Source: Asterias rubens
Lineage: Eukaryota
DNA: 64,000 nucleotides
NCBI RefSeq assembly: GCF_902459465.1
Contig: NC_047076.1
Span: 3,844,001 to 3,908,000, forward strand
Reading direction: 5' to 3'
The translations under genes were made by a program, and so were the position numbers. Below are positions 38,580-51,074 of the stretch, piece by piece (position 1 is the stretch's first letter; each line of letters begins with the position of its first letter). The notes below the pieces were generated by a model. It was given only the letters and a program-made list of their open reading frames with translations, searched no databases and was not told the DNA's origin.

Positions 38580-39290
38580 TCTTTAAATGGTCACGCCTGT
38601 AGTAAAAGTGTATCCACCCTAGCTATCCAATTTAACCTATGACCTGCACTTTGGCTAGCTTCATAAATAAATAGTTCTTTAAACGGTCGCGCCTGTTGTA
38701 AAAAAAATGTCTCCACCCCTAGCTATCCTACTTAACGTATAATAAACTTGTCTTTGTAAAGATTCTGGACACTATTGGTAATTGTCAAAGACTAGCCTTC
38801 ACTGTTGGTGTATCTCAACTGCATAATATAACAAACCTGTGAAAGTTTGAGCACAATCGGTCGTGGTAATTGCGAGATAATAATGACATAAAAAACACCC
38901 TTGTCACACGAAGTTGTGTGCTTTCACATGCTCGATTTCGAGACTTCAAATTCTAAATCTGAGGTCTCAAAATCAAAATCGTGGAAAATTACTTCTTTCT
39001 CGAAAACTACATTACTTCAGAGGTAGCAGTTTCTCACAATGTTTTATACTATCAACCTCTCCCCATTACTCGTTACCAAGGTTTTATGCTAAACAATATT
39101 TTGGGTATATAGTGTCCACTGCCTTTAAACGGTCGCGCCTGTTGTAAACAATTTCTCCACCCTAGCTATCCTACTAATAACCTATGAACTGTTCTTTGAC
39201 TACATCAATAAAAAAATCTCTTAAATGAACGATAACGCCTCTATACATAAATCAATATCCAGCCCAAGCTATCCAGACTTCCACGCAAGG
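38580..39290. repeat. ~100-bp tandem array (4 units) interrupted by family A
   Basis: tttaaa(c/t)ggtc(g/a)cgcctgt.gtaaa..tccaccctagctatcc recurs. Confidence 0.8.
38756..39128 (-). mobile_element. Family A MITE, palindrome subfamily
   Basis: ctggacactattggtaattgtc ... atagtgtccactgcctttaa. Confidence 0.9.
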
Positions 39291-39848
39291 CCTCCGCCCA
39301 CCCTCCCTCTCTCCTTCTTGATTGTTATTCTCCTTCATAACTTTCTCGGGGCGTTTACAAAATACTTTTCACCTCAAGTAGATCAAATTAGCAAACTTTG
39401 ATTGGCAATCAGCTCCAAATCTCAAAAAACAACCTTTTGACATTTCAGTGGATCAGGACCTGAAGTCCTCCAATCCCACTGCCTAAGCCGTTTTTGTTTG
39501 TCGACGGTAACTAATTTCCGAACCACAAAACGAATGATTAGAGAACGAGAATTTTTAGCAGCACAATCTATAGGACAGATCTACTTTTTTTTATTTTTAT
39601 TTAGATCACATTGTTTCAAGAAAGCTTTATCTATACCCACTTGAATTAATGCAGTGTCATTATTTATTGTATTTGCTCCATTAAAAATGACACCACAAAC
39701 ATCGATTTATATTTAAATTAGATTGAATTAATTAGTATTCGGAAATAATAAATAAATTCATCTCGACACCTTTACCAACACCCCTAAAGTATCATCTCAT
39801 AATACCTCAAAAGTTTAAAGTTGATTGACACTTTTGATTGAGGACTCA

Positions 39849-40185
39849 TTAAAGGCTCTGGACACTATTGGTAATTACTCAAAATAATTGTTAGTAGACA
39901 AACTTACTTGGTTATGAGCAATGGAGAGCTGTTGATAGTTAAAAACATTTTGAGAAACGTCTCCCTCAAAGCAGCGCAGTTTTTGAGAAAGAAGTAATTT
40001 CCCACTTAAATATTTGACATAAAACTTTTGCGACCTTCAAATGTGTTTTGTTTTCCATAATTCTCTCGCGAATTCGACGACCGTTTGACAAATTTTCAAA
40101 GGTTTGTTATTTTGTGCATAAGTTGGGATACACCAAGTGAGAAGAACGGTCTTTGACAGTTACCAACAAAGTCTAGTGTCTTTAA
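39849..40185 (+). mobile_element. Family A MITE
   Basis: ttaaaggctctggacactattgg ... gtctagtgtctttaa. Confidence 0.85.
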
Positions 40186-41002
40186 AACCAAAAGTGCGGT
40201 CTGAGGAACTTAAGGAATATAGGGCAAGGGCTGATTATTCATTTGTTTTGAAATTACAAATGCATTGGTTTTAAGTTTGAATAATTCAAAAGATTTACAG
40301 AGAATATATCCGCGCCTTGGTCAATCCGTTACGTTTATCCTTTGGTTATTAATGGGGTTTGTTAGGTTTATTTCTTCTTGATCCTTTTGTACTTTTCGTT
40401 AAGATGCCATTGAACCTTGGGCTGATTTAATGTACCCATTTAAAAAAAAAAGGCGCCTTTTTGTTTCCGTGTTAAGACAGTTTGTGTTTGCTGACAACTT
40501 ATTAGCATAAGTGATCAGCAGTTATTTACCTGTAATTAAATGTTCTCGTTTCGTGGTTAATTGCAATGAATTATAAACCATGCATCAGGCAAGTCAGTTC
40601 TCAAAACTTGATGTATTTAAATTATTTATGTCCTTAAAGATTTTTAGCATTGTAGATTCATTAGACTCATGCATGAGCGAGTAAAGTACAGTTAGAAACG
40701 TTAAGACCACACCGGTTCTTTTAAATCAGAATCAACACTTATGTATTCAATGAGGGTTTTTTTTTCAACAGGAGCGTCTTGCAACCAAGACAAGAGTCCC
40801 AACGTAGCCTTCAAAACTTGCAGATTTTTTTTCCCAACTAAAAACAATAATAATAGTAACACATTCTTATATAGCTTAAAAGGTATGGTAAAAAGCGCCA
40901 ACATTAATTACCATAATCTCCCAAAAGAGTTTCATACTTGGTTGAATTGTGCCTTCAAGTTTAAGAACGTGGTTTCTTTTAGGATCCACACCAAGCAAAG
41001 CT

Positions 41003-41386
41003 TTAAAGGCACTGGACACTATTGGTAATTGTCAAAGACCAGTCCTCTCACTTGGTGTATCTCAACATATGCATGAAATAACACCTGTCAAAGTTTGAGC
41101 TCAATTGGTCGTCGAAGTTGCGAGATAATAATGAAAGGAAAAACACCCTTGTCACACGAAGTTGTGTGCTTATAGATGCTTGATTTCGAGACCTCAAATT
41201 CTAAATCTGAGGTCTCGAAATCAAATTCGTGGAAAATTACTTCTTTCTCGAAAACTATTTCACTTCAGAGGGAGCCGTTTCGCACAATGTTTTATACTAT
41301 CAACGTCTCCCCGTAACTCCTCACCAGGTAAGGTTTCATGCTAATAATTATTTTGAGTAAATACCAATAGTGTCCACTGCCTTTAA
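41003..41386 (-). mobile_element. Family A MITE, full length, palindrome subfamily
   Basis: TTAA ends and near-perfect TIRs. Confidence 0.95.
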
Positions 41387-41741
41387 CATCACACATAAAG
41401 CTTGTAAAAGAAACGTTTTGTAAACGAGTTTCTCCCGAGGCGAAGAACAAGCCCAACCGAAATCCCGCCACCCTTCTGACACGCCATCAACCACTATTGT
41501 TAATGATTAATATACATCAATTGAGTAAAGACATCAATTGAGTAATTTGCTGCATTTCCTTCACGGGTATAAGCCCATGGGATGACGATTCTTCATTGTA
41601 ATCGATGTCAAATTGATCCGGGCGTTTAGTGAGGCTTGCGGGTAAAGTAGAGGGTGGAAACCAATCCCTTTGGGTGGTACAATCCTGAGCTCCTGAGGTG
41701 CTTACGTACATTCATCTTGTGTCTTCATGGATGCGTCATCC

Positions 41742-42105
41742 TTAAAGGGTGTTACTTTTTGTTGGACAAAAACACCACAATGTACACTAGACTTACACTA
41801 AACTTACACAGTTTGAAGATAATGATAGTAGAAAGCTTCCCTGAAAGTATTACGTGCTGAGGTGCTGTAGTTTTTGGGAAATGAGTAAAACAGTGTCATT
41901 GAAATAATTTTCGTCTCATGAGACGAACATTATTTTAAGCATTTTACAGACGTATTTTCATGATATTGTTTTACTCATTTCTCAAAAACTACAGCACCTC
42001 TCAGTAAGTAATATTTGAAGGGAAGCTTTCACTATCATTTTCTTCAAACCCTGTAAGTTTAATGTAAATCTATGGACATTTTGAAAAGATACCCAAATCC
42101 TTTAA
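41742..42105. mobile_element. Family G element, full length
   Basis: ttaaagggt ... acccaaatcctttaa; long imperfect inverted arms (gaaagcttccctg..gaggtgctgtagtttttg / caaaaactacagcacctc..gggaagctttc). Confidence 0.85.
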
Positions 42106-42396
42106 AGGCCATTACAGAATTGTTCCTTTTTTTCTAACAACACAGTTGATGGCAATGTAAGCACTTCATGTAATCCACCATAAACATAAGCTGACAAACC
42201 TTATTGCTGCATGACATCGATTTAAAAACAAAACACAATCAAACGCTCACTGAGCGATCAACTCAAAACAGGAAATTAGTTTTACTTATTCATCATAAAA
42301 TATGATATTTAAGACAGAAATATTTCAAGGGATGTTTTCGTCTATGTTTATCATCATCATTAGACCATGTAAATTTTATGTAAATCTGTGATCTTG
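42102..42396. mobile_element. Family K TTAA-started element, truncated, sharing its TTAA with G
   Basis: ttaaaggccattacag begins at the right TTAA of G; ends ...gtaaattttatgtaaatctgtg, like the subterminal regions of B and G. Confidence 0.5.
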
Positions 42397-42533
42397 GACG
42401 AGGTATTTCTTGTACCATATCCGTAACTGCCCGTACTGTTCTTTTAACCAACTGTACTGTGGGGCGTTCGGGAGGATCGCTCCAGTATTACACACTGCCT
42501 CGAAGGAGGTAGGCTGCGGTTCAAAAGATGCAC

Positions 42534-42897
42534 TTAAAGGCACAGGACACCTTTGGTAAAAGACCAGTATTCTCACTTGGTGTATCCCAACATAGGCATG
42601 ACATAACAAACCTGTGAAAATTTGGACTCAATTGGTCACCGAAATTGCAAGAGAACAATGACAGAAAAACACCCTTACTGCAAATTAATTTGTGTGCTTT
42701 CAGATGCCTAATAAAAGGCTTCAAGCCTGAAGTCTTTTATTATTTTAGTGAGAAGTTACCTTTTCCCCAAAAAGTTCGTTATTTCAGGGAAGCCGTTTCT
42801 CACAATGTTATGTACTCTCAACAACTCTCCATTCCTTGTTATCAAGTAATTTGTTGTACTAACAATAATTCTAGTAACTATCAACTAAGCCTTTGAG
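42534..42897 (-). mobile_element. Family A MITE
   Basis: ttaaaggcacaggacacctttgg...; far TIR degraded. Confidence 0.85.
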
Positions 42898-43208
42898 TAA
42901 ATGTATACAAAATAAGCTGCATCTCAGTTAATGCGCCAATTTTGGTCTGACTCTGCCATTATCCAGATTTGTCTAAATGAAGAGGTAATTGGAATTGTTG
43001 TCCTCTCCTTTGTGTAAATATTGTGAAAGATATTGTGGTTTGTTTTGTGTATATATATTTATATGTCAATAAATAATCCAGTCAGTCGTACATTTGTTAG
43101 GCGCCAATCCAGCGCTCGATGCCCATGGCGGCTTATAATAAGCAAATATAGTACGTTTTAAGTGAAGTTTGAAGATGGCTTCTGAGGGGAATTATTAAAC
43201 GAGTCGTG

Positions 43209-43356
43209 AGGCCGATTTCACAAAGCAATGAAATTCATTGCAAGACAATTCGCAGTATTACCACAGTGATTTGCATTGTGACATCACACTATATACTTAG
43301 CAACTACGATTGATTTGCAGTTAAGAGCTATCTAAGCTCTTTGTGAAGTCTGCCCC
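43209..43356. mobile_element. MITE with ggccgatttcacaaag TIR (C/D-related)
   Basis: ggccgatttcacaaag ... ctttgtgaagtctgccc. Confidence 0.65.
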
Positions 43357-43361
43357 ATCAG

Positions 43362-43562
43362 TGCCCAATTTCAAAGTGCTACTTATGCAAACAAACATTG
43401 AGTAACAGTTATTTTTTGCTTAGCTGAAATGAGCAGGACACCAGACACAAATTGTACACATGACATGTAACGTTGGCTGGTAACGTTATTGTGGATAGTA
43501 AGCATCATTTTGATGTGCTTGGTTACTGTCTGTGCTTGTAAGCAGCTCTGTGAAATTGAGCC
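43362..43562. mobile_element. Family D MITE, CAG TSD
   Basis: cag|tgcccaatttcaaag ... gcagctctgtgaaattgagcc|cag. Confidence 0.75.
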
Positions 43563-44433
43563 CAGACCTTAAGGTGAATTGGGATATAAAGGGCGCGGTT
43601 CCACAACTGGGTTGTCCTGGGAATGCGAAGGACGGAAGTTTCTTTACATTTTTTTGATAAAACAGTTATAGGGGTTTGAGTAGTAATGACGTCAGATATA
43701 AGACACTGATCTAAACGTCAAGGTTAAACAGTGTTTCTACATCAGAACTGTTAAGTATGTGTTAACCAAATTTACTTCTCGGATATATGTATGCACCTTT
43801 TTTCTGTGCTCCATTTTCTGTTGACAATATTGTACTCTGCGTAGCCTACGCCGCGGCGCTGTGTGAATATAATTACTTAATAGTTTGCAACAACGCGCAT
43901 CAATTCGTCCTAAATATTACGGTACTTCAAAGGTGACCTATTTTGCATCGTGACGCCATCAAATACACACAAACTAGAGCCGATAATTTTTAATTAAAGA
44001 GAATGCAGAAATAATGTCTTAATAGACGTGCAGTGATGTCAACTTGACAATAGTCAATGTTTGAGCTATACACCGAAAGCTGTAGTCCATAATCCCCCAG
44101 ATCCATGATATTAATAACAATATTTTACAAAACAAATAGTGCGTTCACTACGAATTTCCCCTCAGATGTACCCGTGAAGGCGTCAATGCGCACGGTAGCC
44201 TCATTCAATCTTGCTCCCTGGCAGGCGGACGGCTGCGTGCAAACAAACCTGTACTTTCCGCAGTTCTCCCTTTGCATCTTGCCATTTTATTCTTGCACTT
44301 TCTTCATTCATTCAAGTTAAATTGTATTTTCCCCTGGGTTCGCTTTCATAGTGTTTAAAAAGTTAAATAGAACGGTTGGGAGCTATTTTGTCTTCCATTC
44401 AAGGCGCAGTGTGGTCTTTTTAGAGGCAATAAA

Positions 44434-44693
44434 TGATATATGTTTATTGTCGCCAGTTGGAGTCTTATTGGACGCTAGGTGGCAGCAGACATTCCATTGT
44501 TTCAGTAAATGTGCGCATGCTCAGAACTACCTAGAACGCCCGTCAGTAGTTATATTGATATATGTTTATATTGATATATGTTTATTGTCTCAGTTGGAGG
44601 CTTATTGGACGCTAGGTGGCAGCAGACATTCCATTGTTTCAGTAAATGTGCGCATGCTCAGAACTACCTAGAACGCCCGTCAGTAGTTATATT
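44434..44693. repeat. Tandem duplication (~122-bp unit x2) of a family H half-element
   Basis: Two near-identical units containing gacgctaggtggcagcagac..gcgcatgctcagaactac. Confidence 0.9.
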
Positions 44694-44774
44694 GAGCGGA
44701 TATTTATTGCATTGGCATGGTTAGTTGGCTAGTCTAGAGAACAGTTAAAGCACCGTTGCCCATGTGCAATACTT

Positions 44775-44889
44775 GGACGGGTGTGCGGCACCTAAATGTA
44801 GCCCGAGCCCTAAATGAAGCCTGGATCTAAATGTAGCCCCAAACATGTACTTTAGGGCTCGGGCTACATTTAGGTGCCGCACAGACGGG
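44775..44889. mobile_element. Family J foldback MITE
   Basis: gtgtgcggcacctaaatgtagcccgagccctaaa ... tttagggctcgggctacatttaggtgccgcacagacggg; an end fragment also lies at 9906-9935. Confidence 0.85.
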
Positions 44890-45019
44890 AAACATTTGTA
44901 AGTGGCACGATTAGATGGCTAGTCTATTAGGTACGTTCCATTGTCAGTACTTGGACGTGAGACTATACCTGCATTAACGTGAGTAGGCTCACCCTTAATT
45001 CCACTCTCCCACCATCTCC

Positions 45020-45399
45020 TTAAAGACACTGGACACCTTTGGTAATTGTCAAAGACCCGTCTTCTCACTTGGTGTATCTCAAGATGACAAACTTGTTGAC
45101 ATTTTAATAATAATAATAACAGTATTAACTCAATTGGTCATCGGAGTTTCAAGTGAGTATTGAAAAAACACCCTTGTTGCACAAGTTTGTGTGCGATGCG
45201 TACAAAGAATATTAAAAGACTCAGACCTGAAGCCTTCCAATTATTTTAGTTGAAAACAATAACCTCTTCCTCAAAAACAGAACTCCAGAGAAAGTTGTTT
45301 CTCGCAATGTTTTATACTTTTAACAGCTCTCCGTTGCTCGTTACCAAGTAAAGTTTTAAAATATTTTGAGCAATTACCAATAGTGTCCAGTGCCTTTAA
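45020..45399 (-). mobile_element. Family A MITE
   Basis: TTAA ends and TIRs. Confidence 0.85.
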
Positions 45400-45770
45400 A
45401 GAAACAAGAAAAAGGTGCGAGAGACTTTCGAAAAATAAAATAATTAATAAAAATAATTTGTTCGGAAAACAACTTCACTAAGGATCTTATTAAAAGCCAA
45501 CTGATCCACTGTGTATTGGCTTCATTCTCGGCTTATGACAAAACGAGTTGGAAATAGAAAAAATAATGCTCAGCTGCAAACGAATACGTTTATGTGTTAG
45601 TTCAGCATGATTTACAGGCTCTCTTTAGATTAAACGTTCAAGTGAATGTTTGATAGAATAGTGCATGACCCACCCAGAGCAATTCGACAGAGGAAGAAAA
45701 TAACGTATTGGCTGTAAGGGGAAGCAATAAACGCCCAGACAGTGCGTGGCTTGTGAACAGAAGCGTGTAG

Positions 45771-45856
45771 TTAAAGGCACTGTGACACTATTAGTAATTA
45801 CTCAAAAAAATTATTAGCATAAAAATGTACTGGATAACGAGCAATGGAGAGCTGGT
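45771..45856 (+). mobile_element. Family A left-end fragment
   Basis: ttaaaggcactgtgacactattagtaattactc... Confidence 0.75.
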
Positions 45857-45984
45857 GTGTGGTCGTTTGTAAATAAAATTGGAGAAGAACGTAGTCGTTT
45901 AGTTTAAAGGACTAACGGAACGTTTACAAAATTTTCCCTTTTTACGATCATATGCCAAACGGTATAACAATCACTAATTGAGTA

Positions 45985-46294
45985 CCTAAAGACAATGGGC
46001 ACTATTGGTAATTTCTCCAAATAAAATAATTGTTATAGTGGAAAAGCTTTGTTCCCTACTTGATAAACGAGCAATGGAGAGCTGTTGATAGTATAAAACA
46101 TTGTATGAAACGGCTCCCTCTGAAGTCACGTAGTTGTTGAGAAAGAGGTAGTTTCTCACTCAAATAAATAAATAAAAATACTTCAGGCCTGCAAATTTCG
46201 GTGATCAATTGAGCCCAGGTTTATGATGATGTGCATACGTTGGGATAAGTGAGAATACTGGTCCTTGATTGCCGATGCTGCCCAGTGCCTTTAA
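45985..46294 (+). mobile_element. Family A MITE, internally deleted
   Basis: gggcactattggtaatt ... cccagtgcctttaa. Confidence 0.8.
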
Positions 46295-48235
46295 ACGAAG
46301 GGAGATTATTGATACAACAATGTTGACAAATTTATGTTCGCTCCATGTCGAGAATTAAAAAAAAAAATACACACAATAATAATCGTCTTAAAAATGATGT
46401 ATCCATAAGATTGTGTGCAAGACTTAAGTGACGTCACCACTGACGTAACATCTGCTATTGTGGCGATATTACTGCACTCTCGGCCCAAATTAGTTGTTGA
46501 ATAATTACAAAATTTGTCTCTTCTTTCATTAATTTGCAACTGTTTCGACTGCATTGAAAGATGTTTCGCACACGAAACAGCCGTAGTGTTTTTCACCCCC
46601 CTTTTTAGTCAATTAGCTTCGCGTGCCATTGCGTATTCAATGAGCCTGTTTTCTTAAACCACCACTTCAACTTGTCTTTCCAAGATGTTTTGTTTTCCCT
46701 TCTTAAAGTGAAGATTTGCCATTTGGAAGTTTTGCGTCTAATTTAGGCGTAATTCCGAAACCGTCGTCGTTAGAACAAGCACAAAAACAGATGACAGTGC
46801 AGTGTTTGTTTAAACACACAAGTTATTACGATTTTGAAGCTTCAATGTACAGTTCAGATGAATTCCAATAATTAAAATCAGTCAATACAATAGAATATGG
46901 TTTAAAAATTATGAAAACTTTATTTAATCTGGTCAGTGAAAAATGAATTAGATAAATTATACAATCATTCTTTTTCATTAGTAATGTTTTTCATTTTTCT
47001 AAATTTTAAGGCACATAACCATATTTAAAACTGCCGGATATTTGTATCATGTATAAATTTCTTGTGATAGAAAAAAATAATATTATTATTAAAAAAAAAA
47101 TTTTTTCAAAGCGGACAAGCGCAAATAACATGATGGACACATGTATTCAACAATATAAAACAGTAATATGTAACAAATAATTATAGGAAATAAACAAAAC
47201 ATAAAAACACGCACATGGCAAGAGGGCAGATAACACAGGCAAACAAAGCCATGCAACACACAAATAAAAGACAATGTACTAGAGTGGCAAGATGGGTGAA
47301 GAGAAGAGATGAAAAAAATGTGCTCCATATGTTGTTGAAAATAAACTATTTACAACCACACACCCAATCCAAATAATTTCTTTTTAAACATCTCAGGCTA
47401 ATAATAATACAAATAAAAAATAAATAATAATAATTTATTGCATTTCTTGTGGGCCACTCATTCGAGGATATTCGAAGGCGCAAATTACACATAAATTCCA
47501 CAAAAAATTACAGCAAAATACCAGCAGACCGATAAATTAATGCAGCAAACAAACAAAAATACACAAAAAGCATAAAACATAAATAAGATACTGTACTACT
47601 GTTGTGGTGCATTGTGTGAAGCGTTTTAAATTCCTTAAATTACTTTTTGTACTGCGCCTCACCACGTTTGCTTTGCTGACAATTTGAACGACTATTACGT
47701 AAGCAATGACTGTTCTCAACTTAAGAGATCAGCTTGCCATTATTCGGGACAGTCGGGTCTTTGGCGTGGTGCCGTCAACATCTATCGGCTATCGCGGTTT
47801 AATTTATTTCAGAAGCAATGTACCTCTGTTATTTTATAATAAAGTATTCTAGACCATATATTTATGGTGTCGCTCTCCAGTTTTTTTATGTCTGTTGAAA
47901 ATCACTAAAAATCAAAACATAATACTACTCTCTCGACCTGAATCGTTCTCTTAACCTTTTAATTGACATCGAGGTTTTTGTATGACAATCCATGCGATCA
48001 TTGTCTCAAACCTCAAACCCACCTGCCATCCTCCACCGCTTTACCCTGCATTCACACAGTAGGCCCCCCGGGGCATTCGGGTCATTAATTCACAGACCGT
48101 ATGCTCAGCCACAACCCACGCTCCGGTTCCAGAAAAACCGGCCGCTTTATTCGTCTGCAGCATCCACGGATTTCCCCGGAGCATATGTACACAGGAGATA
48201 TCGGCCGATTCCTCCGCAACAATTTAAAGAACTTG

Positions 48236-48750
48236 TTAAAGGCACTGCTGCCGATTTCAAGAAACGGTAGGATGCATCATATATCGAGTTAGGACGAGTT
48301 AAACTCGTCCTGTTTTAGACTGGGTTCATTGTGTCATAACTGCTAAGGTTATTGGAACTTAACTCGTCCTAAGTCCTAAGATTAATCCTAAATTAGAAAG
48401 AGTTTGGTTAAATAGACTAGCTGGATAGAGTTAGTAGTTGCTTAAATTAATTGATAGCAAACAAACTTACTCGTTAACGAGCAATGGAGAGCTAGCTGTT
48501 GATAATATAAAACATTGTGAGAAAATACCTACCCTTCTCACTTTCTTAAAAAATACTTTGGGACTGAAAGGCTCTTGTAGACATCTGAAAGCACAGAAAT
48601 TTGTGCGAAGAGGGTTTTGTTTCTTTGTATTATTCCTGTGCAACTTCGATGACCAATTTAGTCAAATCTTGTTATTTGGCATATGCTGGAAATACACCAA
48701 GTGAGAATACTGGTCTTTGACATTTTACCAAAGGTGTCCAGTGCCTTTAA
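48236..48750 (+). mobile_element. Family A MITE with family C inserted in its left TIR
   Basis: ttaaaggcactg [C] ctggatagagttagtagttgc ... ggtgtccagtgcctttaa. Confidence 0.85.
48248..48420. mobile_element. Family C MITE, CTG TSD
   Basis: ctgccgatttcaagaaac ... gagtttggttaaatagactag, flanked by ctg (48245-48247) and ctg (48421-48423). Confidence 0.8.
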
Positions 48751-50917
48751 CTTCTGTTCATTGCTCCTTTTGTGTGCCATTTATCAATACTGATAACTGA
48801 AGAGGGTTCACCGTGCGAGGGCAGCCCTGAGGGGGTACTATTTGATCGTGAGTTAAGAGCATCCAGACGTCCTCAATCAATTTAACCCATCATTGAAGGC
48901 AATGACCCGACTATGATATAGATATATCTGCTTACCAGCTTTATGAAATTGGGCCCTTGAAGCTTTCGATAATTTGGATTGTTATTTGCCGAGTTTGAAA
49001 GTGGAGGGACTGGAAGTTCTTTTCAAACCTTTCGCGACAGTGTTGGTTTGGACGGTTTCGTCTTTCTGTTTTCTCTATAATTATTTCAGATTTTGTTTTC
49101 AAATGTGACTTTTGTTGTACCTCTCTTGATAATTATTCTACTCTGATAAGCAAACAGTGTTACGTGCCAAAGGCACACCCGTCCAGTATTGCTATATTCT
49201 GGTCTAATAGTCAAACAGTTGTTGTGAATTAACACCTAACAATATGGAGCAATATACAGCTCGTGACATTTACCTTGTTTAAGCGGATGTGTTATTGCAT
49301 GTTATAATAACTTGACAATATTTGCTAATCATTTGGCCAAATCACATGGACAGTTCTCCCTGATTGTCTCCCAAGAATTATCAAATTATCAATTTTTTTG
49401 AGCATAGTAGTCGATACATGGTATGACACAGTTCCGCAATGATTTGCAGCTCATCAAAGGGTATTCAAAATGAAATCAAAGAAACCATTATATACAATTT
49501 CATTTACTCTCAGACAGAAGTAGCTCCAGAAAGCTCAATTTTCCAAAACGGTAGCTTATATTTCCCGGGCGCTCAACCGTAAGAATTCCCCTCATATTTT
49601 GCTTTCGTTGTCCGAGAATAAGTCCGTACTCCCCCAGGTCGCCCAAAGGCTTAATAACGAGTAATACAAAGGAGGGAATTGTGGACAAAAAGGTGTGTCC
49701 GATTCCGTAATATTACACCGAGAAGAAGATCTTTCACTTGAGGCAAATGACGTTCTGTTTGGACACAGTCCCTTCTGTTGTGTGGCGAGACAGACAAACG
49801 CTTCCGCCTTGATATTTTGATAATTCCAAGGGGATTAGTGAGGTGTTGAGCCTATTTCGGTGGCAGATGAGGAGAGATAGGTTACGGCTCTAGAGATCAT
49901 GGTTTGTAAAAGACGGGCAAATGATCGACGCTTGCATCTCCAACACAATCTCAACATTTTTTTTATTTTCTTCACTATTCACTTTTTTTTTTAACTGTTG
50001 GCCAAAAGTATAAAGTTCCCTTTCGTTTTCTATTTCTGAAGAACGGTCCGACTGTAACTCAGTAATTGCATTACCGATCACTATTCTACTACAGTATCGT
50101 GAAGAATTGTATTTCAAATGACTTTATCTTAATAAAGATGAGAGCTTATACCAACATGAAGTAAATAGTTATGTCTGCATAAAGTGGTTACGTATGGGAT
50201 TGTTTTCATTTTATTTTTATTTTATTGTCTATTTTTTATTTTTTATTTTTTTACTATGTATGTACTTGCTACTTGTGGTTTACATTTTAATCAGGATGTT
50301 CTCTCTTACAATCCCCGGTAAATATCGATTTATCCAGTAATTGATATTATAAACTATGATGTACATCACATAGCAAACATACTTCCCCCCTCAATCAAAA
50401 TTCGAAGCCCTTCACCTACGAGATTGGCCGCAATCGAAACTGTACCGAGTTTTTCCAGGCTCCGACTGGCGCGATGCAATGAGCCGTTGAGTGCCCATTA
50501 AAACCCCGACCGCTACTGATGCCTACTGCATAAGATGACGTGCCCGAGCGCCTACGGTATCCGTTAGGTATTTTTTATTTCTTTTATTTAAGAGAGCCAA
50601 TGCAAATATAAACGTTCCTCATACTGGTAGACTTTGTACTTGACTGCGAATAGACACGTTTTTAAGTATGGTGGACAGAGTGCAGTGTTCTGCAATGATC
50701 TCAAATTGACATAGTATATTTTTAAAAATAGAACAGGCATTTTGAATAAGCTCTTTGGGAATTTGGGTATCAATGTGACTTTTAAATCTTATCTGGCCCA
50801 ACGGCATTCCTCAAACTCTTAACAGAATTCCCTGAGGAGATGCAGCGCCGGATTCCGAATTTTGAGCAGTATGCTAATCAATTGAATGAATGATAACTAG
50901 TTGTGTACCATTTAAAA

Positions 50918-51042
50918 CCGGAGGGTGAGAAGCAGTTAGTGAAAAAGTATTGTCAGGGATACAAGGGACGTGGCTGGGATTCGAACCAACATTATGACGG
51001 CTCAGCCAGCAGGCGTTTTAGCAAGTGCACTAGACCGTAAAC
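50918..51042 (-). mobile_element. Degraded tRNA-derived SINE
   Basis: Minus strand has a perfect B-box GGTTCGAATCCC (50976-50987), a degenerate A-box region (cggtctagtgcac), and a downstream cttgtatccctgacaatact SINE-like body. Confidence 0.55.
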
Positions 51043-51074
51043 ATTTCCCGCACCGTTCGCATACGTACAACACT

